Of a DNA stretch of 64,000 nucleotides, positions 62,351 to 64,000 are shown one piece after another (within the stretch, counting starts at the first letter, position 1; the number at the start of each line of letters is the position of its first letter). The notes under the pieces were generated by a model. The model did not search any database. It was not told the DNA's origin and worked only from the letters and a program-made list of their open reading frames with translations. A program made the position numbers and the translations under genes. Source of the stretch: Eledone cirrhosa. Its lineage: Eukaryota. The DNA lies in NCBI GenBank assembly GCA_964016885.1, contig OZ024741.1, forward strand, positions 178,994,001-179,058,000, written 5' to 3'.

Positions 62351-62428
62351 CTGCGGGTGGCAGCTGAGATACACCACCTAGACAGGGGTACAGAGCCTGC
62401 CCATCCCTCCCCCTTTTTCATTATTTAA

Positions 62429-62467
<39 letters not shown>

Positions 62468-63359
62468 GTTATAACATATTACTAATATATTTACATGTGG
62501 TTGTAGTATATTCGACGTACATATTTAATGTATACAATCAACATTGATGACAGTCGATATTAGAGCTGTGGAGGCAAGGATGATGAAATGGCAAAATTGA
62601 TAGAGCCTCGGATAAAATGTCAATATGGTATTTATTCTGGCTCTTTACATTCTGAGTTCAAATCGCGCCAAGGTCAGCTTTACTTTTCATCCTTCCGCGG
62701 TTGATAAAATAAAGTACCAGTAATGAACTGGGTTCGATTTAATCTGCTTTGCCCTTCCCCAAATTTTACTGGCATAATGCCTAAATTAGAAATCAATATT
62801 ACAGCAGGCAATCCAGTCATGAAACAGCAGTTCGCATCCAGTTAGCAATGCTTTGTTATAGACAGAGATCAGCGAGAGTGAGAAGACACAAACCATATTA
62901 ACCTATAGTTCAGTAATCCGACATCGTTTCAATACAGACAGCTGAAAGTCCTATTATATTAGCACCAACATGTGAACATCTAAATATTTCACTGACGTGT
63001 ATGTCAGACTTCTAACAAGTCATTTTAAACTGCTCACAGAAGAAGACTTAAAAGCTTTTCTAAAAATAAAAGACACGAGATCATTCAGTGAAAGTCGTGC
63101 CTTACTGAATGATCAACCATACCACTATCAATGAAATCATTTATTATTTTACGTCTATACTAGTTTTAGCCATTAGACTGCAGCCATACTCGGACACAAC
63201 TCTGAAGGGATTTAGTCGATCATATCGACCTTGCATTTATTTTATCGATCTTCTTTATGTGGAACCACTAAGTTACAAAACAGAAATGCAAACACAGACC
63301 CGGCCACACACGCACGCACACACACATATATAATCATATATATATATATATATATATAT

Positions 63360-63627
63360 ATAGTCGTTTTAGAAGCCTCAACAATGCAGATGGGTAAATC
63401 TCCGGGTAACAGAATCAGGTGGCAATGAGAGAGAGAGATGTAAGAGGAAGCATAGAAAGAGACGTAGAGAGCGTAAACGAACATAGGAAGAGTGTAAAAA
63501 ATAATAACACGATAATAACAATAATAATACGCCCTCTACGTCTCTTTCTACGCTTCCTCTTCTCTCTCTCTCTCTCATTACCACCTGATTTGCCCATCTG
63601 TAGTGTTGAAGCTTCCAAAATGACTAT
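63360..63627. mobile_element. MITE-like fold-back element (~100 bp imperfect inverted arms)
   Basis: atagtcgttttagaagc..cagatgggtaaatc..aggtggcaatgagagag..agaggaagc.tagaaagagacgtagag is mirrored at ~63528-63627. It is adjacent to (TA)n. Confidence 0.75.
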
Positions 63628-64000
63628 TTTTAATATTCCACAATGCTTCAAGCAAACTTTAACACTCTCTTATATATATATATATGGGGGGGGGGGCGTG
63701 TGTGTGTGTATATAATCATATCACGCGACGAGCTTGTGTGCATTTTCTGTCTTCCAAATTTCATTTGTAAAGCATTACTCAGCCAAAGCTTATAGTAAAT
63801 TATTCAAGGCCCAGTAATGAAACTGAATCCAAAACCATGTTTGCTAATCAATCTCCTTAACCACACAGCCACGCTTTTGCTTATTGTTTACCTATTATTT
63901 ACATGATTTTAAGTTGTTTTGATTGGTTTTGTTTGTGTTCATTTTGTCTCATTTTATCTCATTTTTCTCGAGAAATAATTTATCTGTTCTTTATTTTCAT

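Overview
This is AT-rich, repeat-saturated eukaryotic DNA with no recognisable host gene. The SINE families and the very long (TA)n/(TG)n/(TACA)n tracts suggest an octopus or other cephalopod genome (inference). Most ORFs in the track are microsatellite artefacts. The real coding sequence is all from transposable elements: an uninterrupted Penelope-like element (PLE; RT + GIY-YIG, 4280-6640); a 5'-truncated CR1-group LINE (47314-49818); a LINE ORF1-like protein with two CCCH zinc fingers hidden by a frameshift at the left edge; and fragments of R4/Dong-like, RTE, CRE, mariner and Helitron elements. The main signal is non-coding. Eleven type I hammerhead ribozyme motifs can be read by eye on both strands. 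Four of them sit in three fold-back units (two in the spacer, two in the arms of one palindrome), and five use UAUAUA as the palindromic stem III. There is also a 7-copy asymmetric inverted-repeat element that is usually bordered by (TA)n. All calls are by eye; no database search or folding program was run.
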